Shown in pieces: positions 47,964-59,801 of a stretch of 64,000 nucleotides of DNA. Each line of letters opens with the position of its first letter. Within the stretch, counting starts at the first letter, position 1. The notes beneath the pieces were generated by a model. The model did not search any database and was not told the DNA's origin. It saw only the letters and a program-made list of their open reading frames with translations. This DNA is from Podarcis erhardii (Eukaryota), in NCBI GenBank assembly GCA_964252035.1, contig OZ176206.1; one strand, given 5' to 3'. The position numbers and the translations under genes were made by a program.

Positions 47964-48106
47964 CGGACAGGTCTTGGGGAGGAGGTCATTCGAAGGCCGA
48001 ATCTGCGCTTGTCCAGGCAGAGACCGGAAAGCGGATGAGGACCATTACCGAGAGCAGCAGGCCCTGAATGAAAGCGTGGCAAAAAACGGCAACCCAAATA
48101 AGCGGA
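47964..48106 (+). CDS. TP73: p73 exon 8 equivalent ([47 protein letters not shown])
   Basis: [10 protein letters not shown] motif; ctcAG acceptor, GTAAGT donor; 143 nt. Confidence 0.98.
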
Positions 48107-48372
48107 GTAAGTCTTTGGGTTGTGGATCATGGGCAGCATTCCAGAAAGGACAGCTGCCCCCAATCTGCTGCTTGTTACGGAAGTCAATACTGAGCGAGCT
48201 GGGCCTATGGACTGGTCTGGGATAAGGCAGCTTCCTATATACCAAAACTTAAAATGACCCAAATGACTGAAGCTAATTGGCCATAGGATCCTAGGTACAA
48301 ACAGGGCTTTCAGGACCATGGACAGGTCACTGGAAGCTGCCTATTTATTGCTACATGAGATAAAAGAAAGTA

Positions 48373-48598
48373 CAGTGGTACCTCGAGTTACATACGCTTC
48401 AGCTTACAGACTCTGCTAACCCAGAAATATTACCTTGGGTTAAGAACTTTGCTTCAGGATGAGAACAGAAATCGTGCAGCAGTGGCACAGCGGCAGCGGG
48501 AGACCCCATTAGCTAAAGTGGTGCTTCAGGTTAAGAACAGTTTCAGGTTAAGAACAGACCTCCAGAATGAATTAAGTTCTTAACCCGAGGTACCACTG
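48373..48598. mobile_element. Tc1/mariner (Tigger-like) MITE, family CAGTGGTACCTC
   Basis: TIRs CAGTGGTACCTCG...CGAGGTACCACTG with TA TSD; truncated relatives at 16124-16340 and 41537-41590. Confidence 0.9.
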
Positions 48599-48875
48599 TA
48601 CTTCTTCATGCTGCAAATGGTTAAATGGTGGAACTCGCAACCACAGGAGCCAGCAATGGCCACCAGCTTGGACTGCTTTAAAAGCAGGTTAGACAAATTT
48701 ATGGAGAAGTCTTGTCTATAGCCATGATGGACCGCTGAAGCAGCAGTGCATTACGCCACCTTGAGCTGCAGGTTCTCCACCATTCTCTCCAAGATGCCTT
48801 TGTGCTGTCGCAACCTTGGCTCAAATTAAGCCCTGTCTAATAGCAGTCATTGTTTCCTTCTCTCCCCTCACCCAG

Positions 48876-48964
48876 CTTTCAAGCAAAGTCCTCAAGGTAT
48901 TCCAGCACTGGGAGCTGGAGTGAAGAAAAGGAGGCATGGGGAAGAAGAGACATATTACGTTCCT
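48876..48964 (+). CDS. TP73: p73 exon 9 equivalent (TFKQSPQGIPALGAGVKKRRHGEEETYYVP), NLS region
   Basis: Not in the ORF track; read directly. cccAG acceptor, GTGAGT donor; 89 nt; KKRR NLS. Confidence 0.97.
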
Positions 48965-49398
48965 GTGAGTAGCACCTGAGACTGGTTTGTCTTTGTGTGC
49001 ATGTGCAATGCTGTACAAGTGTCAAGCCACTAAAGCACGCTTTAAGATAAACTAGACCATGGCTTTCCAACATGGCATGCACAGTCACCATTGCCTCCTA
49101 TGATGCCTGCAAAAGGCCTCAATGAATGTTCCCCCCCCCAAAAAAAAGATCCATAGCACATTTGAACTGTGATCATAGAACCATAGAACTGTTGAGTTGC
49201 AAGGGACCCCCAAGAGTCATCTAGTCCAGGAGTCATCTTGAGAGGTGGTGGGCTCTCCTACACTGGAGGGATGAAATCAGAGGCTGCGGCTGCAGATTCT
49301 GCACTGGACAGGGGGAGGGTTAGATCGGATGAACCCCCTCCCCCGGGGTCCCTTCCGACTCTTTTGATTCTAACTCACATCTGTTCTCCTTGATTCAG

Positions 49399-49523
49399 GT
49401 ACGTGGCAGAGAGAACTTTGAGATCCTAATGAAGATCAAGGAGAGCCTGGAGCTGGTGGAGCTGGTTCCGCAACAGCTGGTCGACTCCTATCGCCAGCAA
49501 CAGCAGCAGCTCTTGCAACGCCA
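49399..49523 (+). CDS. TP73: p73 exon 10 equivalent, oligomerisation domain ([42 protein letters not shown])
   Basis: ttcAG acceptor, GTAAGT donor; 125 nt; matches the p63/p73 tetramerisation helices. Confidence 0.97.
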
Positions 49524-49911
49524 GTAAGTCCCCAATTGTCTTTCCCCCTCTCTTCCCCCAAAACAACTTGCAGCACTATTAGGGTGAACAGGGTGCTGAA
49601 GGAGGATGGGAACAAAACAAGATTTAGCTGGGTCTGCCTCTAATTCGCTCTGGCACCACCTGTTGTGTTCTCTGTGTTGCAAGCTGCTTTGTTTATATTT
49701 TTTACAGAAGAGAGGATTCTGTGTTTTCAAAAACCATTCAGCAAATTTCAAATATTTCAAGAATGGTCCATCAGCTATTGCAGGATAGCAGTTCTCATGA
49801 GAGCGCAAGTTTAAATAAGCTGATTAAATAAATAAATGTGAACTGGAGCAAACTTCTCCTACCCTCCCACTCATCCCTGCTGCTGACCACCAAACTCCAT
49901 TCCCCATGCAG

Positions 49912-50066
49912 GACTCACCTTCAGCCTCCTTCTTCCTATGGCCCAGTTCTCTCGCCAATCAACAAGCATCACACGGGAGGGATCAATAAGCTGCCGTCCG
50001 TCAACCAGCTCGTGGGGCAGCCCCCACAGCACAGCTCCGGTGCTGGGACCACCCTTGGGCCGATGG
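49912..50066 (+). CDS. TP73: p73 exon 11 equivalent (THLQPPSSYGPVLSPINKHHTGGINKLPSVNQLVGQPPQHSSGAGTTLGPM)
   Basis: KLPSVNQLVGQP motif; tgcAG acceptor, GTAAGG donor; 155 nt. Confidence 0.96.
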
Positions 50067-51689
50067 GTAAGGCAAGGCACCTAATGCAAAACGCCAAGAA
50101 TGTTTTCTTATTGTCTGTGCAGCACCCTTTCTCTGAATCTCCCTGGTTCCCTACAGACACCCTGTCATTTCATTTCCTGTAGTCAATATTTCAGTGTTCC
50201 TGTATTTTGGGCTTCTTGCATGCTACCTGAGCCAGCCTCTCAGGGCTGTATAGGGTGGGATATATAGTTTTCTAAATAAAACGGAAAGCCCCGCTCTTCC
50301 TTTTGGAACCGAGATGGGGCGATTTGGGAATATGGAAGTGTAAACAGCTGCTTTGTGCTGAGTCAAAGCATTGGGTCATCTAGATTACTGTTGTCCACAC
50401 TGACTGGCAGCAGCTCTCCTGGGTTTCATACTCAGGGGGTATTTTCAGCTCTACCTGGAGAAGCCGGGGATTGATATTGGGGTGGGGTTCTTCATGCAAA
50501 GCAGACACTCTACCACTGAGCTACAGCCCTTCCCCAAACTTGTGAGAGCTACTTTGTGGTTCCTTTTTCTCTTTTTACAAAACTCCCAAGGTTTTAGCAA
50601 ACTGGATTCAAGTGTAAAATAATGGCTATCATGTGTGGGTGGAAAGCCCCTCCAACAGCCAAGAAGAGACGATGCCATCTGGACTTGGCTGCCCGTTTTT
50701 TGACCACCCTAAGTCTCTGTTTTAAAAACAAATAAAATTTAAAATTGCTTTCCTTTCCCACAATGTATTCTTGACTTGTAACTGACCAGCTAAACTGTCT
50801 CTGCCTGATGCCTGAGTGAGGAAAATGGGATAGGACATCAAGCTTACACTGAGCTGCAAAATCAACCCCAGTTACCTGGTGGCAACCCCACTAAATTCAG
50901 CGGGACTTACTTCTGAGTGAACATAGATAAGTTTGGAGCCATAGATGGCTTTGAATGGGCTAGTGGCCCATCACAAAGCCATTTTTGGCTCTTTGTTGTT
51001 TTGGCTGCAAAAATTCTAAGAGGGAAATTTATTAACTTTGGAAGGGAACATGCAAGGAAGGATTGTGAATATCTGTTGATGACTGGGTTTTTTGTGTCTG
51101 TTATGTGCTACACACACACACACACACACACACACCCCATTTAAAAATACATACTTGTTGCATCAGAGGATGACTAGATGGAACACAGACATGTGCAAAA
51201 GGACCCAACAGCAGCAGAACAAAAATTGCCAGGTGAAAGGGCAAATGAATATTGGAATGGATTGAGGCATGTTCAAACATCCCTACCTGGGTGTAAACCC
51301 AAGTGAACTCAATGGGATTTACTTCTGAGTACACACATGCACCATTGTATTGTGAGACTGTCCTTCTAAGCCCAGCATGCGCCTGGGGAACAGTGATACT
51401 TACACATGGTGCTAATCGATACCTGTGTGCCCACCTTTACCCACTTTAGAGCCAACACAATGTCCCCACTAAATACATATCTTTTGCATGGGGTCGCCAT
51501 TTTTTTATCATACCCCACCCCAAGGCATCCATTTTGCGCTACGCTGCAGCCATTTTGCGGCATTTTCTCAACATTCCCTATGATCCCATTGGACCCGAAG
51601 GGTTGGCAGCCCCTGAGTTGTGTAAGGTTGTACCTGGAATGTATTTTGCAAACTCACCAGGCTGGTTTGCTGCCATTTCTTGAACCCAG

Positions 51690-51822
51690 GGCCGGGAATG
51701 CTGAACAGCCACACCATGCAGTCCAATGGAGAAATGAACGGCGGGCACCCCTCGCAGTCCATGGTCTCAGGGTCGCATTGCACGCCCCCTCCGCCCTACA
51801 ACCCAGACCCAAACCTTGTCAG
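51690..51822 (+). CDS. TP73: p73 exon 12 equivalent (GPGMLNSHTMQSNGEMNGGHPSQSMVSGSHCTPPPPYNPDPNLVS)
   Basis: Contains the PPPPY motif (WW-domain/YAP-ITCH binding in human p73); cccAG acceptor, GTAGGA donor; 133 nt. Confidence 0.97.
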
Positions 51823-51921
51823 GTAGGAAGGAGGTGGCTCAGCAAGGGTCAACTCAGCAACGCCTGGTTTTGTTTTTGTTTAACCACACACTAACCTCTG
51901 TAGCAACTGGTTTGCTTAGGC

Positions 51922-52111
51922 CAGAGCTTTCCAAACTTTTCATGTCGGTGGCACACCTTTTACACGTGCATCGTTTTGTGAAACAGTAATTCAGTTTTGC
52001 TAGCAAACCGGAGGTTAAACTAACCCCTTATGAGAGATATGGGCACTTATCGCGCTACAACACTTCAGCCGACACACTAACATGTTGTGACACACAGTTT
52101 GGAAAGCTCTG
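51922..52111. mobile_element. hAT MITE in TP73 intron 12
   Basis: Perfect 16-bp TIR CAGAGCTTTCCAAACT; perfect 8-bp TSD GCTTAGGC (51914-51921, 52112-52119). Confidence 0.92.
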
Positions 52112-52656
52112 GCTTAGGCAATGCTCTGTTGGGAGCGGGGTGGGAGAGAAAGGCGAGCGCTCCATTCACAACTTGTTTTCTTTAGCTAAGAGATAACAAG
52201 ATGTTTAAAGTGGCATCATAGAGTTTTAAATATTTGGTATAGATGTGGCCTAGATGTTGCTGCCCTCCAGCTCCGGCCAGCAGGTCCAAAGGTCATGGAT
52301 GATGGAAGTTGTAGTCCATCAACATTTGAAGGGCGCCACGTTGGCTATCCCTGCCTTAAGCCACATTTCCTACCACCGCTGTTCCTATTAACCCATCATA
52401 TTCTTAAAAATTGATTTCTGTCAGCATTAAATGGGAACCGGGGCAGGGGGAAGGGGACGGGTTATGGAAACCATTTCCCCTCAATATTACAAAATATCTT
52501 ATCAGTTATTGGAGCCATCCTAGGATATGAGAAGCTTGTCCATTATTTTGCCATTCCTAGCTTACCTTACTGATAAGAGTTTAATGTACCTGAGGACATT
52601 ATTCTATCCCCCCCCCATATATATATCTATATATTTTTTCTTTTCTTCTTCTGCAG

Positions 52657-52750
52657 TTTTTTAACAGGTTTGGGGTGCTCAAACTGCATTGACTATTTCA
52701 CTTCACAAGGGTTACAGACTCTTTACCACCTGCAGAACTTAACTCTAGAG
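52657..52750 (+). CDS. TP73: p73 exon 13 equivalent, SAM domain (FLTGLGCSNCIDYFTSQGLQTLYHLQNLTLE)
   Basis: Strong polypyrimidine tract + ctgcAG, GTAAAT donor; 94 nt. Confidence 0.97.
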
Positions 52751-53015
52751 GTAAATACCGAGAAAATCTGTCACTCTGTTTCTCTTGGGGCTGTCACTCT
52801 CAAAACAACGTTTTTGGGGATGGGATTGCGGGGCGGGGGGGACTGGGGATCTCAAGCAGCTGAAATGCATGCTTGTCACAGGAGAAATATCTTGACGATC
52901 ATATTAGTTCAACAATAAAGACAATTACCTAGAGCACCCTTCCCCACAACCTTGGGTACTCGGGTATGGTTGAAAAGGCCAAAAACTCAGTGGTAGAACA
53001 TCTGCTTTGCATGCA

Positions 53016-53066
<51 letters not shown>

Positions 53067-53274
53067 TGATGATGATGTGACTTTCCCACACAATCTTCGA
53101 TTTCATTTTTGTTCTAAAAATATGAAGAGCACATAGTAGAATATGGTGAAATAATGTGGTCAGTTCTGTCAAGCACTGAACAGTTAATGCAAAACTTCAT
53201 GCAACTTTCAGAATAATCCAGATTTACTCTGTAAACCACATGGAGTCTCTTTTAGGGGAAAAAGGTGGTATACA

Positions 53275-53320
<46 letters not shown>

Positions 53321-53589
53321 TTTATATGCCACCCATCTAACTGGGTTGCCTCAGCCACTCTGGGTGGCTCCCAACAAAATATTAAAAACACAATCAAATG
53401 TTAACCATTAAAAACCTCTCTAAACAGGGCTGCCTTCAGATGTCTTCTAAAAGTCAAATATTTATTTGTTTGACATCTGATGAGAATGTCCCTAGTTCAA
53501 TCTCCAGGTATCTCCAGGTAGGAAATATCGCCCACCTGAAACCCATCAGTGTAGACAATAGGAAGCTTGCAGGATGATACTGAGCTAGA

Positions 53590-54300
53590 TACATATTCTG
53601 AGGGAAAGCACACATTTAAATATGTATCCTGAGAGAAAAACATATTCTGAGAATGAATATGTGTTAGAATCCGTAATCTGAAAGAAAAATATATTCTAAG
53701 AGAAAATACGCCTTTGAATACAGTATGTGTTCTGAGAAAAAAACTCATTGTGAGAGAGAATACAATGTATTCTGAGAGAAAATTCACAACTGAATATGTA
53801 TTCTGAGGAAAAAACTCATTGTGAGGAAGAACACACCTTCAAGCACCTTCTGAGAAAAATGAACATTCCAATACATATTCTGAGAGAAAATGAACATTTA
53901 AATATTAATTCTGTGAGAAAAACATATTCTGAGAGAAAATACAAAGTATTCTGAGGGAAAACACACAACTAAATATGTATTCTGAGCAAAAAACACATTG
54001 TGAGGAAGAACACACCTTCAAGCACCTTCTGAGAAAAATGCACATTTAAATATGCATTCTGCGAGAAAAAAATATTCCGAGAGAGAATACAATGTATTCT
54101 GAGGTAAAACACACATTTACACATGAGGGGGGGAGGGCTATTTCGATATGTGCTCTGAGAGAAAACAGACATTTAGATATGTGTTGTGAGACAAAATACC
54201 TTAAATGTGTATTCTGTGAGGAAAACATATTCTGAGAGGATACATATTTAAACACGTATTCTGAGAAAAGCACACATTTAAACACATGTTCTAAGAGAAA
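53590..54300. repeat. Degenerate AT-rich minisatellite, core (A/T)ATTCTGAG(A/G)GAAAA, with a 179-bp higher-order duplication
   Basis: Core motif recurs many times at roughly 15-30 nt spacing; the 40-mer TGAGGAAGAACACACCTTCAAGCACCTTCTGAGAAAAATG is identical at 53822 and 54001. Confidence 0.85.
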
Positions 54301-55632
54301 ATATGCAATTAATCATGGGTTTTGTGAGGTGTTGTTGTTGTTTTAATGGCAGATGCAAGGGAATTATAGTAAAAACATATGAAAGCGGTATGGATCAGAA
54401 ATTAGGCAGAGTTCTGTATCCCTACCCACTGTCCCCTGAGCAACCTTTCCCAAACCTTCTGCCCTCCTATCATCCTTGCTGATCAGCCATGCTGGGATGG
54501 GAGTTGGAGTCCAGTCACGTCTGGCGGGTTCCAGGCTGGAAAAGGCTGCTCTAAGGGAACCCTACACACATGTCTGCACATTGTATGTCATTTTCCGTTC
54601 CGGGCTTCAAGCACTGAACAGAAAACCTGCAGAATAAGGGCTTTTCCTTCCACAAACACCCGGAGCCAGTTGCACAGTCTTAGACTGGAATCAAAAGCTG
54701 CTTGCTGCTTAACCCCATAAAGTTTAGCATTGTGTATTCGCTTAGTTTTTTTTAAAAAAAAGAAAGATCCCATTTTTGCATGAAGACTCTTCATCTTTCC
54801 TGAGTTATGCCCACACCTAACTCACAACAGAGGTTTTCATAACTTGATGCTCTCCAGACGTTTTGGGTATCCAACTCTTTATGTTGTCGTTGTTTTAAAA
54901 AAAACCCATAAGGTGCTGATACTCATTTCTTCATAAAAGTTATCTGAGTGCCAGTACAAAATGGCTGGCATCATCAGCAAGAAAAGAGAGGCAATGGTAT
55001 TCCAACTGCCTGCGAAATAAATCCAAAACACCTGCAGGGCACAAAGTTAGCGAAAGCTGTAATATAGTGCTTTCTGTTTTAACTAAATTAACACTTGTGC
55101 ATGAATCCATGGTTGTTTTCATGAGTGGGACTTAAAACTGGCTGTGTTGTAAATCAGTCCTCTGAGAAGAACATGAGACTTGTTTGGGCCTCTGTGTCTC
55201 CTCATTTCCTCCCCCAAATTCTCTCCTGCATGAATCACACATGGAGGGCCAGAGCACTTTCTATGTTAAACATGTAGTACTTGGGCCTTCCATGTTTGTT
55301 TATTATTTATTTGGCTTGAAATAGTAGCCATGAGGTAGAGAGATCAGGACTGGAAGAGGCAAATCCCTAGAGATGGATATCGATGGCTATGAGCCACAAT
55401 AGCTATGTGGAGGCAGCAATGCTTCTGAATGCGAATCATTGGAAAACACTGGAGGGAAGAGTGCTCTTGGTGGGCTTTCCAAAGGCATCTGGTTGACCTC
55501 TGTGAGAACAGGATGCTGGGAGAGATGGGCTGTTGGCCTGATCCAGCAGGCTCTTCTTATATTAAGGTTACCAGACGTCCCCATTTCCTGGAGACAGTCC
55601 CCAGATTTACAAATCAGTCCCCATACAAAGTT

Positions 55633-55983
55633 GGGACATGGGTGGCGCTGTGGGTTAAACCACAGAGCCTAGGACTTGCCGATCAGAAGGTCAGCGGTTT
55701 GAATCCCTGCGACGGGGTGAACTCCCGTTGCTCGGTCCCTGCTCCTGCCAACCTAGCAGTTCAAAAGCACGTCAAAGTGCAAGTAGATAAATAGATACCG
55801 CTCCAGTGGGAAGGTAAACGGCGTTTCCATGCGCTGCTCTGGTTCGCCAGAAGTGGCTTAGTCATGCTGGCCACATGACCCGGAAGCTGTACGCCGGCTC
55901 CCTCAGCCAATAAAGCGAGATGAGCGCCTCAACCCCAGAGTCGACCATGACTGGATGGTCAGGGGTCCCTTTACCTTTTACCC
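55633..55983 (+). mobile_element. Sauria-type SINE, full length, ending about 130 nt upstream of TP73 exon 14
   Basis: Same head and body as 29856; ends in the (ACCTTT)n-like tail. Confidence 0.9.
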
Positions 55984-56113
55984 TATACAAAATCCACTGA
56001 AGTTGAAAAGTGTCCCCGGATTCATTGAAAAAAATCTGGCAACCTGATTTTATTTTCTTACAGTTCACCCAGTCCTTTTGTCAACCCAATCTCCCAAACA
56101 TCTTTCTCTGCAG

Positions 56114-56434
56114 GATCTTGGAGCACTGAAGATCCCGGAGCAGTACCGGATGATTATCTGGAGGGGCCTCCAGGAACTGAAGCAAGGCCACGACTACGGA
56201 GCCCAGCAGCTCATCCGCTCCAGCAGCAATGCCTCCACCATCTCCATCGGCACGTCCGGCGAGCTGCAGAGGCAACGTGTCATGGAAGCCGTTCACTTCC
56301 GCGTCCGCCACACCATCACCATCCCGAACCGCAGTGGGGCCGATGAGTGGGCGGACTTCGGCTTTGACCTCCCGGACTGCAAGTCCCGCAAACAGTCCAT
56401 CAAAGAGGAATTCACAGAGGGAGAAATCAACTGA
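56114..56434 (+). CDS. TP73: p73 last coding exon (exon 14 equivalent), SAM end + TID, ending IKEEFTEGEIN-stop
   Basis: DLGALKIPEQYRMIIWRGL...VHFRVRHTITIP...DEWADFGFDLPDCK...IKEEF; TGA at 56432-56434. The joined exons total 1719 nt with no internal stop. Confidence 0.98.
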   Translation, partial: DLGALKIPEQYRMIIWRGLQELKQGHDYGAQQLIRSSSNASTISIGTSGELQRQRVMEAVHFRVRHTITIPNRSGADEWADFGFDLPDCKSRKQSIKEEFTEGEIN

Positions 56435-59400
56435 GTGTCTCTAGAGAGGCACATGGAAGCCGGCGAATTAAGGACAAGGAACTGAACAATTGGACCTGAA
56501 AGGTATTTGGCACAACAGCCAGGCGGAACGAGCCTTTCGGGTAGCCACCGAAAAGTATTCTTTTTCAGAGCTTGGGGCAGGACGTGACGGTTGCGCTCTG
56601 GAGCTTAAATGCAGTCCTTTGCGATGTACCTTTTCACAAAGGGTAGCTAATTTGGCAGTTGCATTTAGGAGCAGGGCATGCACTGGGTTAAAAAAAACCC
56701 TGTGTTGTGTTGCACTTGGTTGTGTAGCAAACCTGGGTCAAATGTGTATCACAGCATCAAGTACCTTAAGGATATCATGTATCTCATTTTATCTATTCTC
56801 TTCCACCTCGTCAGAAAGTCTCCGAGTCCCTAACTTCTTTAAGTGAGAACGGGGTTGACCTATCGTACATCGTGGGAGGTCTCCATGGCCAACTGGAACC
56901 AAACCACTTAAGGACTTCTTTTCTTTAATAGACTGCCAAAAAAAAGAAGTGTTTGTTTTTCTACAGTACTTTGCAGAACAGAAAAGCGGCTCTTTATTAT
57001 TTGATTAACCTGAGGGATATCTGTGTTAGCTGGGTGAAGGCTTTGCCTAGCAAGACAACTTTGTACACACACGTTGTATATACAGTATACTCGCCATGAT
57101 GTTGTAAGGTCTATTTTCTATGTAAGCTATTGTGAAGAGTTCACAGATGGACAAGGTTTTCCCCCCTTCTGAGGGGGTGCAAAGATGGCATTGTTCTTCC
57201 CCTACCCAAGAAAGGAAAACAATTCCACAACTGTTTCTAGAGTCAAAGGTTTATTGCTTGATCAAATCCAAATCATTATTTGGTCTTTGTAATGGATTCC
57301 TAAGCAAAACATCAAAAAAGCTATAGTTTTCATCTTTGGGAGAAATGGGCTCTCTGTCATTACACTTCTCCATACACAAAAACACACACAATGATATATA
57401 GTTTGGTGCTAGCTATTTCGTGCTTAGAAGCCCTATAGATGGGTTATGTTCCCTAGATTTCAGAACAAATTCATGCTTAGGTGATAAGGAGTTGCATTCA
57501 GCAATGTGTGTGTTTTATCGGCTCGAGTGCAAAATTTTGGTTTGTAAGAAACTTTCTTTTTCTTTAAATTTTCTTCTTCTTCTTTTGTCACAGCACATTT
57601 CAATAGACTCCAGAAAGGTAAGAGGTTTTGGAGGGAGCTTCCAAATGCCATTGGACTCCAACTCTCACTAGCTCCAGGCAGAATGGCCAAAGGTTAGGGA
57701 TAATGGGAGTAGTAGTCCAACAACATCTGGAAGGACAACTGGTTAGTTACCCTTGCTTTAAAGCAACTCATTCCATCAGGTTGGCCACTTTGGGAACAGG
57801 ATTTATTTTGTTAAATAAATCATCTGGATAGCTCAGTTGGTTAGAGCATGTTGTTGATGACACCAAGATTGCAGGTTTGATCCTGATAAGGGACAGCTAC
57901 ATATTCCTGCACTGCAGAGAGCTGTACTAGATGAACTTGGTTCCTCATAAGGCTTGGTTACCAGATTATTGATTCCCTTGATTGCCATCCTCTACCCTCC
58001 AGCTTGGGTGCCTAGAATTGGACACAGTACTCTTATAAACCCTCCAGATGTTGTTATAGATTCCAATTCCCATCAGCCCCAACCAACATGGCTAAGTGGC
58101 AGGGACAATGCAAGCTGTAGCCTAGCAATACCTAGAAGGCCAGAGGTTCCCTATTCTATCCCAGGTACACATAATCGGTACCTCTGGAAATTTCCTCCTG
58201 ATTCTGACCAGGATTTTCGACATTGACTTTCCTTGTTTCACATGCTTCTGCTATTGTATGTTTCTGTTTTCTTGTCTTTGCTAAGAACAGTTTGCAATTC
58301 ACCCATCCTGTTGCAGCATCCAGGTAGAATTTTAGAGCCCCCTTTTGTGACACTGTGTGATTTTGTTTGTTTGTTTGTTTAAAAGCCCCTTGCAGGGCAA
58401 GGGGAAACACTTTGATTTGGGTTTGGGTTTCTTGATTTTTCAATAGGCTTCTTCTGGACTTCCATCCCTTAAAGAGAGGACTCTTTCAGAGGACTGCCCA
58501 CTGTAAAGCAGGACACATACACCAGCTGCCCCTGCCACTGAACTAGCACAGCCAAAATGCTACAGATCTGTCACTCATTACGCAGCAAAAAAATCCTTCT
58601 CCTTTTCTCTCTCACCCACTTTGCATCACTACTCAGTGACTATCTCTAGGGAGCACCCAGATTTGCACCTTGTTAAAGATCCTGTCTGAAAACTGTGCAT
58701 GTGTTTTTGTCCTGCAGGGGCTGAGACTTTGGGAACAGCCAAGATGAAATAGTGCTTGTGAAGTAGCAGCGAGTTAAAGCACTTTATGTTGTTCTTTTCC
58801 CCACTCTCTCACATCTTCAGTGGTCACAAAAATGCTTTCCCAGAGCAGTATTACTATATATAATTACTCTGTGTGTGAGTGAGTGTGTGTGTGCATCTGC
58901 ATGCTTATGTTACTAGCAAATTTCAAAATGTTGGGCACACGTCATGAGCAGCTTGAGCAAAAATCCAGAAGCTCTGGAAGCATCCTGGAGTCAGCAGCAG
59001 GGATGGGAGAGTACATTTGTTTAGTATGCATGCAAAGGTGAGCCTTCATTCGCACTTTCTCGAAAAATACGAGGACTGAAGCACAGCACAGTAATGTGTA
59101 CAAGCATGCATGTAAAGTGTACTTGTACCTAGAGGTATACAAGGTTCACAGTTTGCAGGAGAAAGGCCTATCATATTTTGTCGATTCATAGCCATACTGG
59201 AGAGCGGAGACCCACAGGATGCACAGACAGAGTGCATGTTGTTGACCTACCTGGGCTTCAGCTAGAGTTAGGCCTATATACACCTGCCACAACCACAGCT
59301 TACTCTGGTAGATTCAAAACCATGAAAAGGGAAAGAAAGGTGTTGGCACTCTAGATAACTGTAGGGAACTCTGGAGTGGCATCTCTCTTTCCCTCCCCCT

Positions 59401-59579
59401 CTCTTTCTTTTCCTGCCTTCCCCCCTGTCCCATGTTGAGAAAGAACATATGAGGAAGGAAGCCAGCACTTACAGGCTTCCACACAGTCTGAAAACCCAGG
59501 TTGTCCACAGTGACGGGCTTGTGCCTGTTAGGACAGGAAAGCAGGTGGCTCTGGAGCCAATAACAGGCAGAACCAACTA

Positions 59580-59801
59580 CAGTGGTACCTTGGGTTACAT
59601 ACGCTTCGGTTACAGACTCTGCTAACCCAGAAATATTACCTCAGGTTAAGAACCTTGCTTCAGGTTGAGAACAGAAATTGTGCTCTGGTGGCGCAGCAGC
59701 AGCAGGAGGCCCCATTAGCTAAAGTGGTGCTTCAGGTTAACAGTTTCAGGTTAAGAACGGACCTCCGAAACGAATTAAATACTTAACCCGAGGTACCACT
59801 G
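59580..59801. mobile_element. Tc1/mariner (Tigger-like) MITE, same family as 48373
   Basis: CAGTGGTACCT...AGGTACCACTG TIRs, TA TSD, colinear with 48373-48598. Confidence 0.9.

Noticed and set aside
51266-51285. Possible p53-family response element AGGCATGTTC-AAACATCCCT, plus isolated half-sites (e.g. 16523, 23683, 63255)
   Set aside because: The second half-site lacks the invariant G, and single half-sites are expected by chance or fall inside repeats; I saw no full RRRCWWGYYY x2 site.
51406-51894. 162-aa ORF overlapping exon 12
   Set aside because: The central part is the gamma frame of exon 12; the intronic flanks show no recognisable protein and partly derive from repeats.
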